Source of the DNA: Gammaproteobacteria bacterium
GTDB lineage: Bacteria > Pseudomonadota > Gammaproteobacteria > Chromatiales > Chromatiaceae
Reading direction: 5' to 3'
DNA length: 64,000 nt
NCBI GenBank assembly: GCA_024277555.1
Contig: JAJRUY010000320.1
Location: 12,388 to 76,387 of the forward strand
Made by a program: the position numbers and the translations under genes. Below are positions 1 through 11,096 of this stretch, one piece after another; the stretch's first letter is position 1, and each line of letters opens with the position of its first letter. Below the pieces are notes generated by a model. That model ran no database searches. It had not been told where the DNA came from and saw only the letters and a program-made list of their open reading frames with translations.

Positions 1-1441
1 CACCGAGACCCACCACTGCGGTACGGAAGACCTCCGGGTGGGTGTTGAAAATGGCTTCGACCTGATCTGCGTACAACACTTGGTCGGCCATGCGAACCCG
101 CTGTGAGGTCCGACCGCAATACCACAAGTAGCCATGGGTATCGAAGTAACCGGCGTCACCCATGCGGTGCCAGACCAGGCCATCGGTATCGGTGATTTTT
201 GCCAGTTGTGTTTTGTCGGGATGTTGCCAGTATGTGTCGGTGGTCGTCGGGCCGTGCACAACGATTTCACCGGTGATGCCGACCGGCAGTTCTACGCTGC
301 CTTCAAAGGTTGCAACTTCGGTATCCGTAACTGGAATGATTCTGATTTTATTCGGTGCCACCGGCCGCCCCACACAGGTGCCTTCACCACTGGCAGTACG
401 TTGTTCTACTTCCCGGTTCAATTCTGTGCCGGAAACGCTGGCGACCGGCAAACACTCCGTAGCGCCATAAGGAGTGAAGATTTCGGCGCCTGTCGGCAGG
501 GCTGCTTGTAGCCGTCGCACAGTAGAAACCGGCATTGCTGCACCGGCAGAGATAACCCGGCGCACGGAGGGCAGGTGAATTTTTTCTGCTTCCATATACC
601 GGCCCAACACGTTCAGCAAAGCCGGTGAGCCAAAAATGTTACTTACCGAAAAGCGCTCAATAGTTTGCACCAGCAACCTTGGATCTGCTTTGGCCGGTCG
701 GGTGGGATCCATAAAGGGCACCACCGTGGTCATGCCCATGGCCGGATCAAATAGCGCAAAGGGTGGAAATGTTGGCAAGTCGACTTCGCCTTCACGGATG
801 TCGAAAGCCGCTTGCAGCATTTCAACCTGGGCCACAAAGTGGCGGTGCCGGTAAACCACGCCCTTGGGAATGCCGGTACTGCCTGAAGTAAACAGTATGG
901 CAGCGATTTCATCAGCTTGTGTTGCCGCCAGTGCCACAGCGGAGTTTTTTTGCCCGAGTTTGAGCAGTTGCCGCGTACTCAAGCCACCCCAGCCGAGCCG
1001 TGGGCCGGATGTAACCAGCTTGACTTCGGGTACCCAGCCAAGCACCTTGCGCGCCACGTGGGCGCGGGTAACACCAATGAACGCTTCCGGGCTGGCTTCA
1101 GCCAGGCAGGTTTTTAATGGCCTGGTACCGATGCCAGGATCAATCAATACCGGAATCGCGCCGGCTTTGAACAGCGCAAAAAACAGCGCAAAAAAATCCA
1201 GCCCCGGGGTCAGCATCAGCGCTGTGCGCGTGCCGCGGCCGATACCGTACTCGATAAAGCCCCGCGCATATCCATCTGACAGTTCATTGAGGTCCGCATA
1301 GCTTATTGACGCATATTGCAGTTGGCCACTGCGTTTTCCGGTAGGGTAGTGAAGGGCAATATTGCTACCTTGCCGGTCAGCCTGACTGACCAGTGCTGCA
1401 GCGATATTGCAGGACTCAGGCTGCTGCAGTTCCAGCTTCAT
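1..1441 (-). CDS. oleC: Olefin beta-lactone synthetase OleC (AMP-binding enzyme); partial, 3' end runs off the window
   Basis: Not in the ORF track. Manual translation from ATG at 1441 gives MKLELQQPESCNIAAALVSQADRQG...; the adenylate-forming motif LFTSGSTGIPKGVVYRH lies near 850-897. Directly downstream of oleA-oleB. Confidence 0.88.
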   Translation of the reverse strand, partial: MKLELQQPESCNIAAALVSQADRQGSNIALHYPTGKRSGQLQYASISYADLNELSDGYARGFIEYGIGRGTRTALMLTPGLDFFALFFALFKAGAIPVLIDPGIGTRPLKTCLAEASPEAFIGVTRAHVARKVLGWVPEVKLVTSGPRLGWGGLSTRQLLKLGQKNSAVALAATQADEIAAILFTSGSTGIPKGVVYRHRHFVAQVEMLQAAFDIREGEVDLPTFPPFALFDPAMGMTTVVPFMDPTRPAKADPRLLVQTIERFSVSNIFGSPALLNVLGRYMEAEKIHLPSVRRVISAGAAMPVSTVRRLQAALPTGAEIFTPYGATECLPVASVSGTELNREVEQRTASGEGTCVGRPVAPNKIRIIPVTDTEVATFEGSVELPVGITGEIVVHGPTTTDTYWQHPDKTQLAKITDTDGLVWHRMGDAGYFDTHGYLWYCGRTSQRVRMADQVLYADQVEAIFNTHPEVFRTAVVGLG

Positions 1442-2342
1442 TGGCGTCCAGAAAATCACTGATTGCCTGGCTTGCTGCCGGCCCGGCATCTTCCAGGATG
1501 TAGTGGCCACAATCCGGGAAACTCAGAACCCTGGCCTGCGGCAGGATCTGTTGCCACTTGCGTAAGAAATGCAGGTCAAAGACAAAGTCTTTTTCACCCC
1601 ATACCAACAGGCAGGGCTTGTCGATGAAGCCCGGCAGGAGCGCTTCAGTTGACGCCACGATGCCCCAGGCGCTATCTTCCGGTGACAGCGGAATATCCTG
1701 TACAAAGCGCAGGGTTGCAATGCGGTTGGCCCAGGAGTCATAGGGCCCGGTGTAATTTTTACGAACCTCTCTGCTGACCGGTTTCTTGAACGCTACACGG
1801 GCCGCAAGGGCTGAAAATGCGTTCATTCCCTGTACCAGCAATGCACCCAGCGCAGTGTTGCGCACCAGCCACAGGGCAGGGGGAAAATTCTTTTCTTTTG
1901 GCAAGGGGAATGCTGCTGTATTGGCCACCACCATGCTGGCGATTTGTTCCGGCCGTTCTGCGGCCCAGCCAAAACCAATCATACCGCCCCAGTCATGCAC
2001 AACAAGGTGAATGGGTGCGCCGGGCTGGATATGCACCATCAGTGCGCCAAGGTCTGAAATACGCCGTGTGAGGGTGTAGGGGTAGCGACTGCTGGCGGGC
2101 TTGTCTGACAGGCCGCAACCAATATGGTCGGGCACGATACATCGAAAGCGGTCGCGCAGTGCCAGTACCAGGTTACGATAATAGAATGACCAGGTCGGGT
2201 TGCCGTGGACCATCAGCACCACAGGTGCATCTTCCGGTCCTTCATCCAGAAAGTGCATACGCTCGCCGTCAATCTCCAGCCAGTTGGACTTAAATGGATA
2301 GAGTTTTTCTGAAGGTTTGAACACCCTGTGATTAATACTCAA
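1416..2342 (-). CDS. oleB: Beta-lactone decarboxylase OleB (haloalkane dehalogenase-like alpha/beta hydrolase)
   Basis: HGNPTWS, nucleophile motif VVHDWGG, C-terminal GHYILED; lies between oleA and oleC. Confidence 0.9.
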   Translation of the reverse strand: MSINHRVFKPSEKLYPFKSNWLEIDGERMHFLDEGPEDAPVVLMVHGNPTWSFYYRNLVLALRDRFRCIVPDHIGCGLSDKPASSRYPYTLTRRISDLGALMVHIQPGAPIHLVVHDWGGMIGFGWAAERPEQIASMVVANTAAFPLPKEKNFPPALWLVRNTALGALLVQGMNAFSALAARVAFKKPVSREVRKNYTGPYDSWANRIATLRFVQDIPLSPEDSAWGIVASTEALLPGFIDKPCLLVWGEKDFVFDLHFLRKWQQILPQARVLSFPDCGHYILEDAGPAASQAISDFLDANEAGTAAA

Positions 2343-2364
2343 TGAATAGGTTTGGACAGAAGCT

Positions 2365-3381
2365 TTACCAGACGATTTCCGCCATGGAACAATTCAGCCC
2401 GGAGCCGATGCCAAGCAAGGCGACACGGTCGCCTTGCTTGATTCTGCCCATTTCGACGGCCTTCGCCAATGCAATCGGTACAGCCGCGGGGCCAATATTG
2501 CCCAATTCCGGGTAGATGCGACAAATTTTCTCCGGATCCAGCCCCAGCAACTGCATAAGCGAATCGGTATGCGCCTTGCTGACCTGGTGAATAACAAATT
2601 GATCCAGTTCGTCCACGACCCAACCAAGCGCTTCGCGGGCGGCGCCGAAAGTTTTGGTCGCGAGTTTCAGGCCTTCTGTCAGTAGCACCCGGGTATCAGT
2701 GACCATTCTGTCCATCTGGCCATAGCAGAGCTTGTTGAACTCCGTAGCAGCACGGGTCACGCTGCCAACGTAACTGTGGCCCTCGGGGGCCAGTTCACGT
2801 CGCGACATCACCATTGCTGCTGAGCCGGAACCCAGGGTCAGAGAGGCAAATTCCGCACGAAATTGCACTTCTTCCACGCCGGGGTGCAACAGGCGTTCAA
2901 TGGTGGCCTCGGTAATTGGCCGGCTTGATTCGCCATCGACGACCAGCGCGTATTCAATCTCTTCTCGTTCGATCATGCGTGCTGCGATGTCCATGCCGTT
3001 TAAAAAGGCCAGGCAGGCATTACCCACATCAAAATTGACACATTTCTCACCGAGGCCAAGGTTGCCATGTACCAGGCAAGCAGTAGAGGGCTCGAGGTAG
3101 TCACGGCAGACTGATGTATTGATCAACACGCCGATTTTACTGCGGTCTATTCCAGCTTCTTCAATGGCTTTTTCTGCTGCCATGGTGGCTGATTCTGAGG
3201 GTTGGGTACCGTTGTCCCAGAACCGCCGGGCCTTGATCCCGGAAATTTCTTCCAGCAGGCCGGGCCGAATGCCCAGGCGTTCCATTGTTGGCCGCAAGCG
3301 TTCTCCGATTTCAGCAGAGGTAACCCTTACAGGCGCTTCGATAGCTGCAAGTGATTGAATAACAACATTTTTAAATTGCAT
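2365..3381 (-). CDS. oleA: OleA acyl-CoA condensing enzyme (FabH/thiolase-like)
   Basis: YLEPSTA (catalytic Glu), NACLAF (Cys), HQVS (His), GNIGPA, LLGIGSGLNC; 338 aa, typical of OleA. Confidence 0.92.
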   Translation of the reverse strand: MQFKNVVIQSLAAIEAPVRVTSAEIGERLRPTMERLGIRPGLLEEISGIKARRFWDNGTQPSESATMAAEKAIEEAGIDRSKIGVLINTSVCRDYLEPSTACLVHGNLGLGEKCVNFDVGNACLAFLNGMDIAARMIEREEIEYALVVDGESSRPITEATIERLLHPGVEEVQFRAEFASLTLGSGSAAMVMSRRELAPEGHSYVGSVTRAATEFNKLCYGQMDRMVTDTRVLLTEGLKLATKTFGAAREALGWVVDELDQFVIHQVSKAHTDSLMQLLGLDPEKICRIYPELGNIGPAAVPIALAKAVEMGRIKQGDRVALLGIGSGLNCSMAEIVW

Positions 3382-3570
3382 AGAAGTCCGGATGAGATAA
3401 GGGTGATCGCCTGGAATTCAGGCCTTGAATTTGCGAGGCTACATTGTAGCCTAAGCGGAGTTGTGAGGCTATAAGGTACCTGTCAGAACAAAATGTATTA
3501 GACTGATTCCATTGTTCAACAGGGGTGGTAGTTGCGGTACCCGTGCCGCAGCAGAAGACAGGATTATTGA

Positions 3571-4311
3571 GTGATAAAAGCAGGTCAAACAATCGGGCCG
3601 GATTCGTTCAGTCTACGTCAGCTTCCTCTGCGGCAACTTGACAAGCCACAGGGTGATTCCGTGCATTTGTGGCACCTGGATTTCAATCAACTTTCAAATC
3701 CGCTAAATCCGGTTGCTGGCGCGTATGCCAGGGATCTTTCTGTTGTGCAACAGCGCGCCATCAGACGTTTTTACTTACGCTTGTTGCTCGGTGCCTACCT
3801 GGGTTTGCCGGGCAAAGATATTCACATCACGCACAGGATCAAGGGCCGACCGGAACTGGATGTGGCCCAGTCACAAGGCGAACTGGATTTCAGTGTGGCC
3901 CGCAGCAGCGGGTGCTACCTGATAGGTATCAGCAGTGGGGCAGCTATCGGTGTTGACCTGGAAGTTGCCACCCGTCGTGCAGGCCGGCCGCTGGCACTGG
4001 CCCGGCGGTACTTCAGTAAACAGGAAACAGCCGCCTTGTCCTCACTTGATGGAGAGCTGTTGCACCAGGCGTTTGTACATACCTGGTCGTGCAAGGAAGC
4101 GCTGGTCAAGGCGAGTGGTGTGGGTATCGCCAACCAGTTGTGCCGGTTCAGCGTAGACACGAACCCGGCTAACCCACCGGGTGTACTGAGCATGCTGGAT
4201 GATGATCCGGCAGAGTGGCGCATGATGATGGCCACGCCAGCTGAGGACGCGATCGCCGCAGTGGCAGTCAGGCAGCCAGGAATCCAGTTGGAATGTTTTC
4301 GCCTTGCCTGA
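3571..4311 (+). CDS. Sfp-type 4'-phosphopantetheinyl transferase
   Basis: KGRP, IGVDLE and WSCKEALVKASGVG motifs. Confidence 0.85.
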   Translation: MIKAGQTIGPDSFSLRQLPLRQLDKPQGDSVHLWHLDFNQLSNPLNPVAGAYARDLSVVQQRAIRRFYLRLLLGAYLGLPGKDIHITHRIKGRPELDVAQSQGELDFSVARSSGCYLIGISSGAAIGVDLEVATRRAGRPLALARRYFSKQETAALSSLDGELLHQAFVHTWSCKEALVKASGVGIANQLCRFSVDTNPANPPGVLSMLDDDPAEWRMMMATPAEDAIAAVAVRQPGIQLECFRLA

Positions 4312-4392
4312 CTTAATTTGTCACCAACGTGCAGCAATGCCGGACGTTGTGAGATAAAATTGTGAATTCAGCCTGGCGATCACTGCTTACCC

Positions 4393-6192
4393 ATGAAAGC
4401 TGTTTTTTATTCACTCGTTTTGCTTGTCTGTGGCTGTACCACCCAGGTTCAGCCTGACCTGAAGCATGCTGTTGAAGAAATAATAGCCGCCGAACGTCCC
4501 AACAGTACCAGCTGCGAAGCGGCTCGGGATCCTTTTTGTGCCATCCAGTCACCACTGTTGTATCTGGGTGATGTGGATGTGTTGTACAAGCGGCACCATG
4601 CGACATTACTCGATATCGGTGAGAACTCACTGAAGGTTCGGTTGCACCTGATCAGGGCTGCCCGGCACAGCATCGATTTTCAGAACTTCCTGTTTCGCCG
4701 GGACGACACTGGCAGCTTGCTGATGCATGAATTGGTGCAAGCAGCGAAACGGGGAGTGCGGGTACGGGTTTTGTTTGACCAGATGTTTACCACATCCGAG
4801 TTAACTTACCTTGCCGGGCTGGCGCTGGAACACAGTAACTTCGAAGTTCGCCTTTACAACCCATTGTTTAACAATGCAAAAACGACCCGCTCCACCATGT
4901 TTGGTGGGGTCACTTGTTGCTTCAGGCGGACCAACCAGCGTATGCACAACAAGTTGCAAGTCGTCGATGGTGTGGTTGGCATGACGGGTGGCCGCAATAT
5001 TGCTGACCGCTATTTTGATTACGATCCCGACTACGACTTCAAGGATCGGGAAGTGCTGGTTTTCGGGGCGGTCGCTGCTGAGATGAGTGCTTCTTTTGAC
5101 CTGTTCTGGGTCAGTGATATCACTGCCGAAATTAGCCATCTGCGTGACATTGCGCCGCTGATAGCCAATGACGAGGGCTATCGTTCAAGTAGCTACACGG
5201 TTGCTGCAAGGTTGCAGCCCTTGCTGGCCGACATTGTAGATGCACGCTTGATGCACAGGCTTTTTGTACAAACTGCGCATCCGGTTGACTCGGTTGGGTA
5301 CTATTATGACCTGCCGCATGCTGATAACACGGGTGACGTACCTCATATCGATAGCACGGCTGGACTGCATGCCACGCTGGCGCGGGCGGAAAAGTCGGTG
5401 CTTGTACAGTCGCCGTATCTTGTTCTGTCCCGACGCACACGAAATGTTTTCAAGGCCTTGCGCACTGACCATCCGGAAATCGAGTTGGTATTTTCTACCA
5501 ACAGCCTGGCGTCTACCGATGCTTTTTCTGCTTATTCCAACACCCACAAGCACAAGAAACACTACATCAAAGCCCTCGGTTTTGACCTTTATGAATTTCG
5601 CCCGTATGCGGCTGATGCGGCAGAGTTCTTTCCGCGCCTGCCCGCCTTGATTGCTGAAAAACAAAGCGGCATGAACAGCGGGAGGATTCCTGCCGTTGGT
5701 CCTAACCCTACGCTGGACATGCCAGGCCCAAGGGTTGGCCTGCATGCCAAGTCTTTCGTTATTGATGGACATATTTCCATGGTCGGTTCGCATAATCTCG
5801 ACCCGCGCGGTGAAGGCTACAACACAGAGAATGGCGTGATCATTGATGACGTGGCGTTTGCCCGGGAACTGGAAAACAGCATCCGCAGAGACATCGAGCC
5901 GGGCAATAGCTGGGTGGCAGCCATGAAACCTCCAGGACCGCCGTTGTTGGGTAGCATAAACGGTGCCATTGAATCAGTTTCGCGCAGTCTGCCGATTTTT
6001 GATATCTGGCCTTACCGCTCAACAACGGTCTATGAACTACGGTCTGGCGGAACCGTTACTGCACCCGGAAAGGAGGGGTTCTATGAGAACTACCGGCCGG
6101 TGGGCAGCTTTCCCGACGTGACCAGTAGCAAGCGGCGTTGGCAGGTAATTTTGATCAGTTCGTTCATGGGCTTTATTACGCCGGTCCTCTGA
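4393..6192 (+). CDS. Phospholipase D family lipoprotein (ClsC/YmdC-like)
   Basis: Two HKD motifs (HNKLQVVD..GGRN; HAKSFVID..GSHN) and an N-terminal lipobox-like LVCGC. Confidence 0.88.
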   Translation: MKAVFYSLVLLVCGCTTQVQPDLKHAVEEIIAAERPNSTSCEAARDPFCAIQSPLLYLGDVDVLYKRHHATLLDIGENSLKVRLHLIRAARHSIDFQNFLFRRDDTGSLLMHELVQAAKRGVRVRVLFDQMFTTSELTYLAGLALEHSNFEVRLYNPLFNNAKTTRSTMFGGVTCCFRRTNQRMHNKLQVVDGVVGMTGGRNIADRYFDYDPDYDFKDREVLVFGAVAAEMSASFDLFWVSDITAEISHLRDIAPLIANDEGYRSSSYTVAARLQPLLADIVDARLMHRLFVQTAHPVDSVGYYYDLPHADNTGDVPHIDSTAGLHATLARAEKSVLVQSPYLVLSRRTRNVFKALRTDHPEIELVFSTNSLASTDAFSAYSNTHKHKKHYIKALGFDLYEFRPYAADAAEFFPRLPALIAEKQSGMNSGRIPAVGPNPTLDMPGPRVGLHAKSFVIDGHISMVGSHNLDPRGEGYNTENGVIIDDVAFARELENSIRRDIEPGNSWVAAMKPPGPPLLGSINGAIESVSRSLPIFDIWPYRSTTVYELRSGGTVTAPGKEGFYENYRPVGSFPDVTSSKRRWQVILISSFMGFITPVL

Positions 6193-6763
6193 CGTCTGTG
6201 TGAGGTTCAGCTTTCACCTGGATCAGGCTCTCGTTGTGTGGATTTTTGCCCTGCTTGTCCTGGTAAAACTCCCGTATCAGCTCAAAATCCGCATCAATGT
6301 CATCACCTGGATGGAGCGTGTGGCTCACGCCGACCTGTTTCTTTCCAAAATCCAGGTAGCCCAGTGCGATCGGGACTTTAGCGGCCCTGGCGACATGGTA
6401 AAAACCGGTTTTCCAATGATCAGTTTTACTGCGGGTGCCCTCCGGCGCCAGCCCGAAGATAAATTCATCGGACTCCTCAAACAGGTCTGCCAGTTGTTGA
6501 ATCAGGTTCAGGCTGTGTGCCCGGTCGACGGGCCTGCCGCCCAGCGCACGAAAGAACCAGCCAAAAGGCCAGCGGAAGATGGTGTGTTTGCCGATCCAGT
6601 GAACGTCCAGGCCAGCCGCTTTAACCGCCATAATTGCCAGCGGGAAATCCCAGTTACTGGTGTGAGGCGCAGCGATAACTACGTATTTTTTAGCCTTGGG
6701 GAAATCCGCCCTGAGTTCCCAGCCGAGTGCAGTGAGTAGCCACCTGGACAAGTGCGCAACCAT
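6176..6763 (-). CDS. Lysophospholipid acyltransferase family protein
   Basis: APHTSNWDF (HxxxxD) and APEGTR motifs. Confidence 0.88.
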   Translation of the reverse strand: MVAHLSRWLLTALGWELRADFPKAKKYVVIAAPHTSNWDFPLAIMAVKAAGLDVHWIGKHTIFRWPFGWFFRALGGRPVDRAHSLNLIQQLADLFEESDEFIFGLAPEGTRSKTDHWKTGFYHVARAAKVPIALGYLDFGKKQVGVSHTLHPGDDIDADFELIREFYQDKQGKNPHNESLIQVKAEPHTDVRGPA

Positions 6764-6770
6764 GCGTGGG

Positions 6771-8426
6771 TCATCTAAGTGATTTTGAAATCAGCCAGCC
6801 GCCCGCTACCAGCAACAGGAGACCCGGAACAGAATACCCCCACAGAAACCAGGGGCCGGTTTCCATCGCGGCGAGAACGGCGCCAGAGATGCTCAATGAT
6901 CCCCCGGCCAGCGCCTGCACAGTCTGGTGTTGCGCCCTGGTTTTTTCCTGCCTGCGTCCCGCCGTATCTCTGGAAGGGTTGGTGAGCATACTGGGGTCGG
7001 CATTGGCTTTGGCCAACAGGTTGTGCATCAGGTCACGAACCTCGGGTGCCTGGGCCAGCCACCTGGGCAAGCGCTCACGCGCTTCGCGGATGAGTTTATC
7101 CGGGCTGTTTTTATTTCTCAGGATCGCTTCAAGTTCAGGTTTGGCGACTGACCAGATATCAATTTCCGGGTCCAGCTGACGGCCCAGACCTTCAATATTC
7201 AGCAGGGTTTTTTGTAACATCAGTAGCTGTGGTTGTAAGGTCAGCTCGAAACGGCGCGCGACGGAGAACAGGTCATACAACAGCTTACCGAAAGACACTT
7301 CATTCAGTGGGCGGGTAAAGTTAGGCTCGCCCACCGTCCTGACCGCTGCTTCCAGCGCATCGAGGCGGGTACTTGCCGGCACCCAGCCTGCGTCTATATG
7401 CAGCGCGGCCACGCGCCGGTAGTCCTGATTGAATAAGGCCAAAAAGTTTTCAGAAATATAGTACAGGTCCCGGGGTGAAAGGCTGGCAACGATGCCAAAG
7501 TCCATCGCGATGTAAGTGGGATCATCCGGATTGGTGGCGTCTACCAGGATGTTGCCCGGGTGCATGTCCGCATGAAACAGATTGTCGCGGAACACCTGGG
7601 TATAGAAGACCCGGATTCCGCGCCGAGCCAGTTTTTTCAGATCGACGCCGTGTGCGCGCAAGCCCTCAATATCACCGATGGGAAGTCCGGATACGCGCTC
7701 CATGACCATTACCCGCCGTTTGCACCACTTCCAGTAAACTTCCGGGATATACAGGTCGTTTGAGTCTTTGAAATTACGCCTCAGTATCGAAGCGTTGGCA
7801 GCTTCACGCTGCATATCAAGCTCATCAAATACCACACTTTCGAATTCTCGCACCACCTCCAGTGGTTGCACCCTGGCGCCGCTCTGCATGAATTTGTCTG
7901 CCAGTCGCGCGATGGTCTTAAGCAGGTCGATATCCTTGCGCAGTTGCTTGTCGATTCCCGGGCGCACGACTTTGACCACGGCTTCACGGCCGTCGTGCAG
8001 GGTCGCGGGGTGTACCTGGGCAATCGATGCAGAGGCCAGCGGTTTGGCATCAAAAGAAGCAAACACTTCATCGACTGGCTTGCCGAGTGCATCTTCAATA
8101 ATTTTTCTGGCCTGCTCACCCGGGAATGGCGGAACCTGATCTTGCAGCAAGGCCAGTTCATCTGCAATATCCTGCGGTAACAAGTCGCGCCGGGTAGACA
8201 GGATCTGTCCGAATTTTACGTACACAGGGCCGAGTTCCTGCAAAGCCAGGCGTAAGCGTTCACCGCGGGGTAAATCCGACAGGTCTTTACCGGTGGGTAT
8301 GAAAGCGCGCAACCAGCGTATGGGTGCGGGCAACTGCACTGTGCTGAACAGCTTGTCGAGTCGGTAGCGCTTGACGATGACACTGATGTGCCAGATGCGC
8401 AGAAACTGGCGCAGGCTACTTGTCAT
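6771..8426 (-). CDS. ubiB: Ubiquinone biosynthesis kinase-like protein UbiB
   Basis: LGPVYVKFGQILSTRRDL, ASASIAQVH, FHADMHPGN, DFGIV; in the ubiE-ubiJ-ubiB operon. Confidence 0.96.
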   Translation of the reverse strand: MTSSLRQFLRIWHISVIVKRYRLDKLFSTVQLPAPIRWLRAFIPTGKDLSDLPRGERLRLALQELGPVYVKFGQILSTRRDLLPQDIADELALLQDQVPPFPGEQARKIIEDALGKPVDEVFASFDAKPLASASIAQVHPATLHDGREAVVKVVRPGIDKQLRKDIDLLKTIARLADKFMQSGARVQPLEVVREFESVVFDELDMQREAANASILRRNFKDSNDLYIPEVYWKWCKRRVMVMERVSGLPIGDIEGLRAHGVDLKKLARRGIRVFYTQVFRDNLFHADMHPGNILVDATNPDDPTYIAMDFGIVASLSPRDLYYISENFLALFNQDYRRVAALHIDAGWVPASTRLDALEAAVRTVGEPNFTRPLNEVSFGKLLYDLFSVARRFELTLQPQLLMLQKTLLNIEGLGRQLDPEIDIWSVAKPELEAILRNKNSPDKLIREARERLPRWLAQAPEVRDLMHNLLAKANADPSMLTNPSRDTAGRRQEKTRAQHQTVQALAGGSLSISGAVLAAMETGPWFLWGYSVPGLLLLVAGGWLISKSLR

Positions 8427-8938
8427 TGGTCACTGTCTTTCAAGAAGTCAGAAAAAATTTTGCCCGCTGCCCGGGCACCTTGCCGCGCTGTCTCCACGCC
8501 CTGGCGAATGCTCTGTGCGGCCTGATAGCCGGCGGTATCGCCGAGCATGCCAATCAACGGACCTTCCCAGTCGGGTTCCAGTTTGCCAAATATACGTTCC
8601 AGATCACGGGCCAGGCTGGCATCTCCGTTAATCTGTACTTTTGAGTCTGGCAGTCCCCAGTCAGCATCTTCCGGCTCGGCCATTGAGAACAGGGCGACAG
8701 GTGTACCGCTGATGGTTGTGTCTGGTTCAGCATCGGCATCCAGACGCACGCGTACGACACCGTATTTGAAGGTAAAAAACAGGGTAATGCTCAGGCCTTT
8801 GATATCCAGCTGTAATAATCGCCCTTCCAGCTTTTTGATTCGCGAGGGTGATTCTTTGTCCAGCTGCAAAACCTGATTAACCGCTGTTTCCAGCGCCAGC
8901 GCCAGCATACCTGGTAAAGGTGTCTGGTAGTCAGCCAC
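8423..8938 (-). CDS. ubiJ: Ubiquinone biosynthesis accessory factor UbiJ (SCP2 domain)
   Basis: SCP2-like N-terminus, LEPDWE motif, position between ubiE and ubiB. Probable GTG start at 8938 (ORF track starts at 8947). Confidence 0.88.
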   Translation of the reverse strand: MADYQTPLPGMLALALETAVNQVLQLDKESPSRIKKLEGRLLQLDIKGLSITLFFTFKYGVVRVRLDADAEPDTTISGTPVALFSMAEPEDADWGLPDSKVQINGDASLARDLERIFGKLEPDWEGPLIGMLGDTAGYQAAQSIRQGVETARQGARAAGKIFSDFLKDSDQ

Positions 8939-9701
8939 GATAGCCACTGTGGATTGCCACTATTCCACCGGTCATGTTGCGGTAGGTGACGTTGTTGAAC
9001 CCCGCGTCTTCCAGCATGCCCGCCAGTTTGTCCTGGTCAGGGTGCTTGCGGATGCTCTCGGCCAGGTAGCGATAACTGTCCTCATCATCGGCGATGATCT
9101 TGCCAAGGCGCGGCAAAATACCGAACGAGTAGGTGTCGTAGATCTTTTTCAGGCCTTCAAACTCCACTTTTGAGAATTCCAGGATCATCGCCCGCCCGCC
9201 CGTTTTCAGCACCCGGAACATCTCCTTCAGCGCGGCTGGCTGATCGGTGACGTTACGCAGGCCAAAGGCGATGGTGACCGCATCAAACTCGGCATCTGCA
9301 AAGGGTAGTTGCTCGGCGTTGGCCAGGGAATACTCGATATTGCCGACCAGTCCGCGGTCTTCCATACGTTGCCGGCCGACAGCCAGCATAGCCTCATTGA
9401 TGTCGCTCAGAACCACGCTGCCGGTTGTGCCGACCTGCTTACTCATCAGAGCGGCGATATCACCGGTGCCGCCGGCGAGGTCCAGCACACGCTGTCCAGG
9501 CTGGATACCACTGATGGCAATAAAATGGCGCTTCCACAAGCGATGTACGCCCAGTGACATCAGGTCGTTCATCAGGTCGTATTTTCCGGCTACGGATTCG
9601 AATACGTCATGTACCAGTTGGGTCTTTTCCTCAACTGCGACATCGCGGTAGCCAAAATGCGTAGTACCTTTTGCGTTTGCTTTGTTGTCTGCCTGTTCCA
9701 T
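8931..9701 (-). CDS. ubiE: Ubiquinone/menaquinone C-methyltransferase UbiE
   Basis: [41 protein letters not shown]. Confidence 0.97.
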   Translation of the reverse strand: MEQADNKANAKGTTHFGYRDVAVEEKTQLVHDVFESVAGKYDLMNDLMSLGVHRLWKRHFIAISGIQPGQRVLDLAGGTGDIAALMSKQVGTTGSVVLSDINEAMLAVGRQRMEDRGLVGNIEYSLANAEQLPFADAEFDAVTIAFGLRNVTDQPAALKEMFRVLKTGGRAMILEFSKVEFEGLKKIYDTYSFGILPRLGKIIADDEDSYRYLAESIRKHPDQDKLAGMLEDAGFNNVTYRNMTGGIVAIHSGYRG

Positions 9702-9744
9702 GTGGCTATTGTACCCGCTGGGTGGACATTGATGTCCACCATAA

Positions 9745-11094
9745 TTACAGGATGTAGCGGCTCAGGTCTTCGTTACCTGCCAATGCGTCAAGGTGCTCAT
9801 TTACATAGTCGGCATCCAGCATGATCGCTTCTCCGCTACGGTCTGGCGCCTCGAAGGAAATGATATCCAGCAGGCGCTCCATGATCGTGTGCAAACGACG
9901 GGCACCAATGTTTTCGGTGTTTTCATTCACCTGCCAGGCAATTTCGGCAATCCGTTCCACAGCACTGGCATCAAACTGGAGGTCCACGCCCTCGGTAGCC
10001 ATCAGTGCGGTGTATTGCTCGGTCAATGAGGCCTTCGGCTCAGTCAAAATACGCACGAAGTCCTTGGCGACCAGCGCCCGCAGTTCAACGCGGATGGGCA
10101 GGCGGCCCTGTAGTTCAGGGATCAGGTCAGAAGGCTTGCTCAGGTGAAATGCCCCGGATGCAATAAACAGCATGTGGTCAGTTTTGATCATGCCGTAGCG
10201 GGTAGAAACAGTACAGCCCTCAACCAGCGGTAAAAGGTCACGCTGTACGCCTTCGCGTGAAACATCTGCTCCGGCGAATTCAGAACGCTTGGCAACCTTG
10301 TCCAGTTCATCGATAAACACGATGCCATTTTGCTCGGCTGCTTCCAGTCCCTGCTGCTTGATCTCCTCATCATTGATGAGCCGTGCTGATTCTTCTTCAA
10401 TCAGCAATGGCATGGCATCCTTGATGCGCATTTTTCGCTTCTGGGTTTTGTTGCCCCCGATGTTCTGGAACATGCCCTGTAACTGGCTGGCCATCTCCTC
10501 CATGCCTGGCGGTGTCATGATCTCCACCCCAATCTGGGCAGAAATATCAAATTCGATTTCGCGCTCATCCAATTCGCCGGCAAGCAATTTACGCAACATT
10601 TTCTGCCGCGTTGAGGCCTGCTTGTCATTGTCTGTGCTGATTTCCGGCGTAGGTTCATTGGCGAAACCAATCGGGTTCGGCTGTGGCAGCAGAAGATCGA
10701 GGATGCGGTCACGGGCCGCGTCCTCGGCACGGGCACCAACTTTTGCCACCGCTTGCTCGCGCAACATATTGATGGACATATCCACCAGGTCGCGGATGAT
10801 GGATTCAACGTCCTTGCCAACATAACCGACTTCGGTGAACTTGGTCGCTTCAACCTTAATGAAGGGCGCGTTGGCCAGTTTGGCCAGACGCCGCGCGATT
10901 TCTGTTTTGCCCACGCCCGTGGGACCGATCATCAGGATGTTCTTTGGGGTTATTTCATTGCGCAGTTCTTCATCGACCTGCATACGCCGCCAACGGTTGC
11001 GCAGGGCGATAGCAACAGCGCGCTTGGCATCTGATTGGCTAATGATATGAGCGTCCAGTTCCTGGACGATTTCCCTTGGGGTCATTTGAGACAT
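9745..11094 (-). CDS. hslU: ATP-dependent protease ATPase subunit HslU
   Basis: [37 protein letters not shown]-terminal DLSRYIL. Confidence 0.98.
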   Translation of the reverse strand: MSQMTPREIVQELDAHIISQSDAKRAVAIALRNRWRRMQVDEELRNEITPKNILMIGPTGVGKTEIARRLAKLANAPFIKVEATKFTEVGYVGKDVESIIRDLVDMSINMLREQAVAKVGARAEDAARDRILDLLLPQPNPIGFANEPTPEISTDNDKQASTRQKMLRKLLAGELDEREIEFDISAQIGVEIMTPPGMEEMASQLQGMFQNIGGNKTQKRKMRIKDAMPLLIEEESARLINDEEIKQQGLEAAEQNGIVFIDELDKVAKRSEFAGADVSREGVQRDLLPLVEGCTVSTRYGMIKTDHMLFIASGAFHLSKPSDLIPELQGRLPIRVELRALVAKDFVRILTEPKASLTEQYTALMATEGVDLQFDASAVERIAEIAWQVNENTENIGARRLHTIMERLLDIISFEAPDRSGEAIMLDADYVNEHLDALAGNEDLSRYIL

Positions 11095-11096
11095 GC

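Noticed and set aside
4886-4895. ACCCGCTCCA near 4885 matching the tRNA-Gly 3' end (possible att site)
   Set aside because: Only about 10 bp and inside an intact phospholipase D gene; compatible with chance.
4393-6192. PLD as a defence nuclease
   Set aside because: Two HKD motifs plus a lipoprotein signal fit ClsC-like phospholipases in a housekeeping context.
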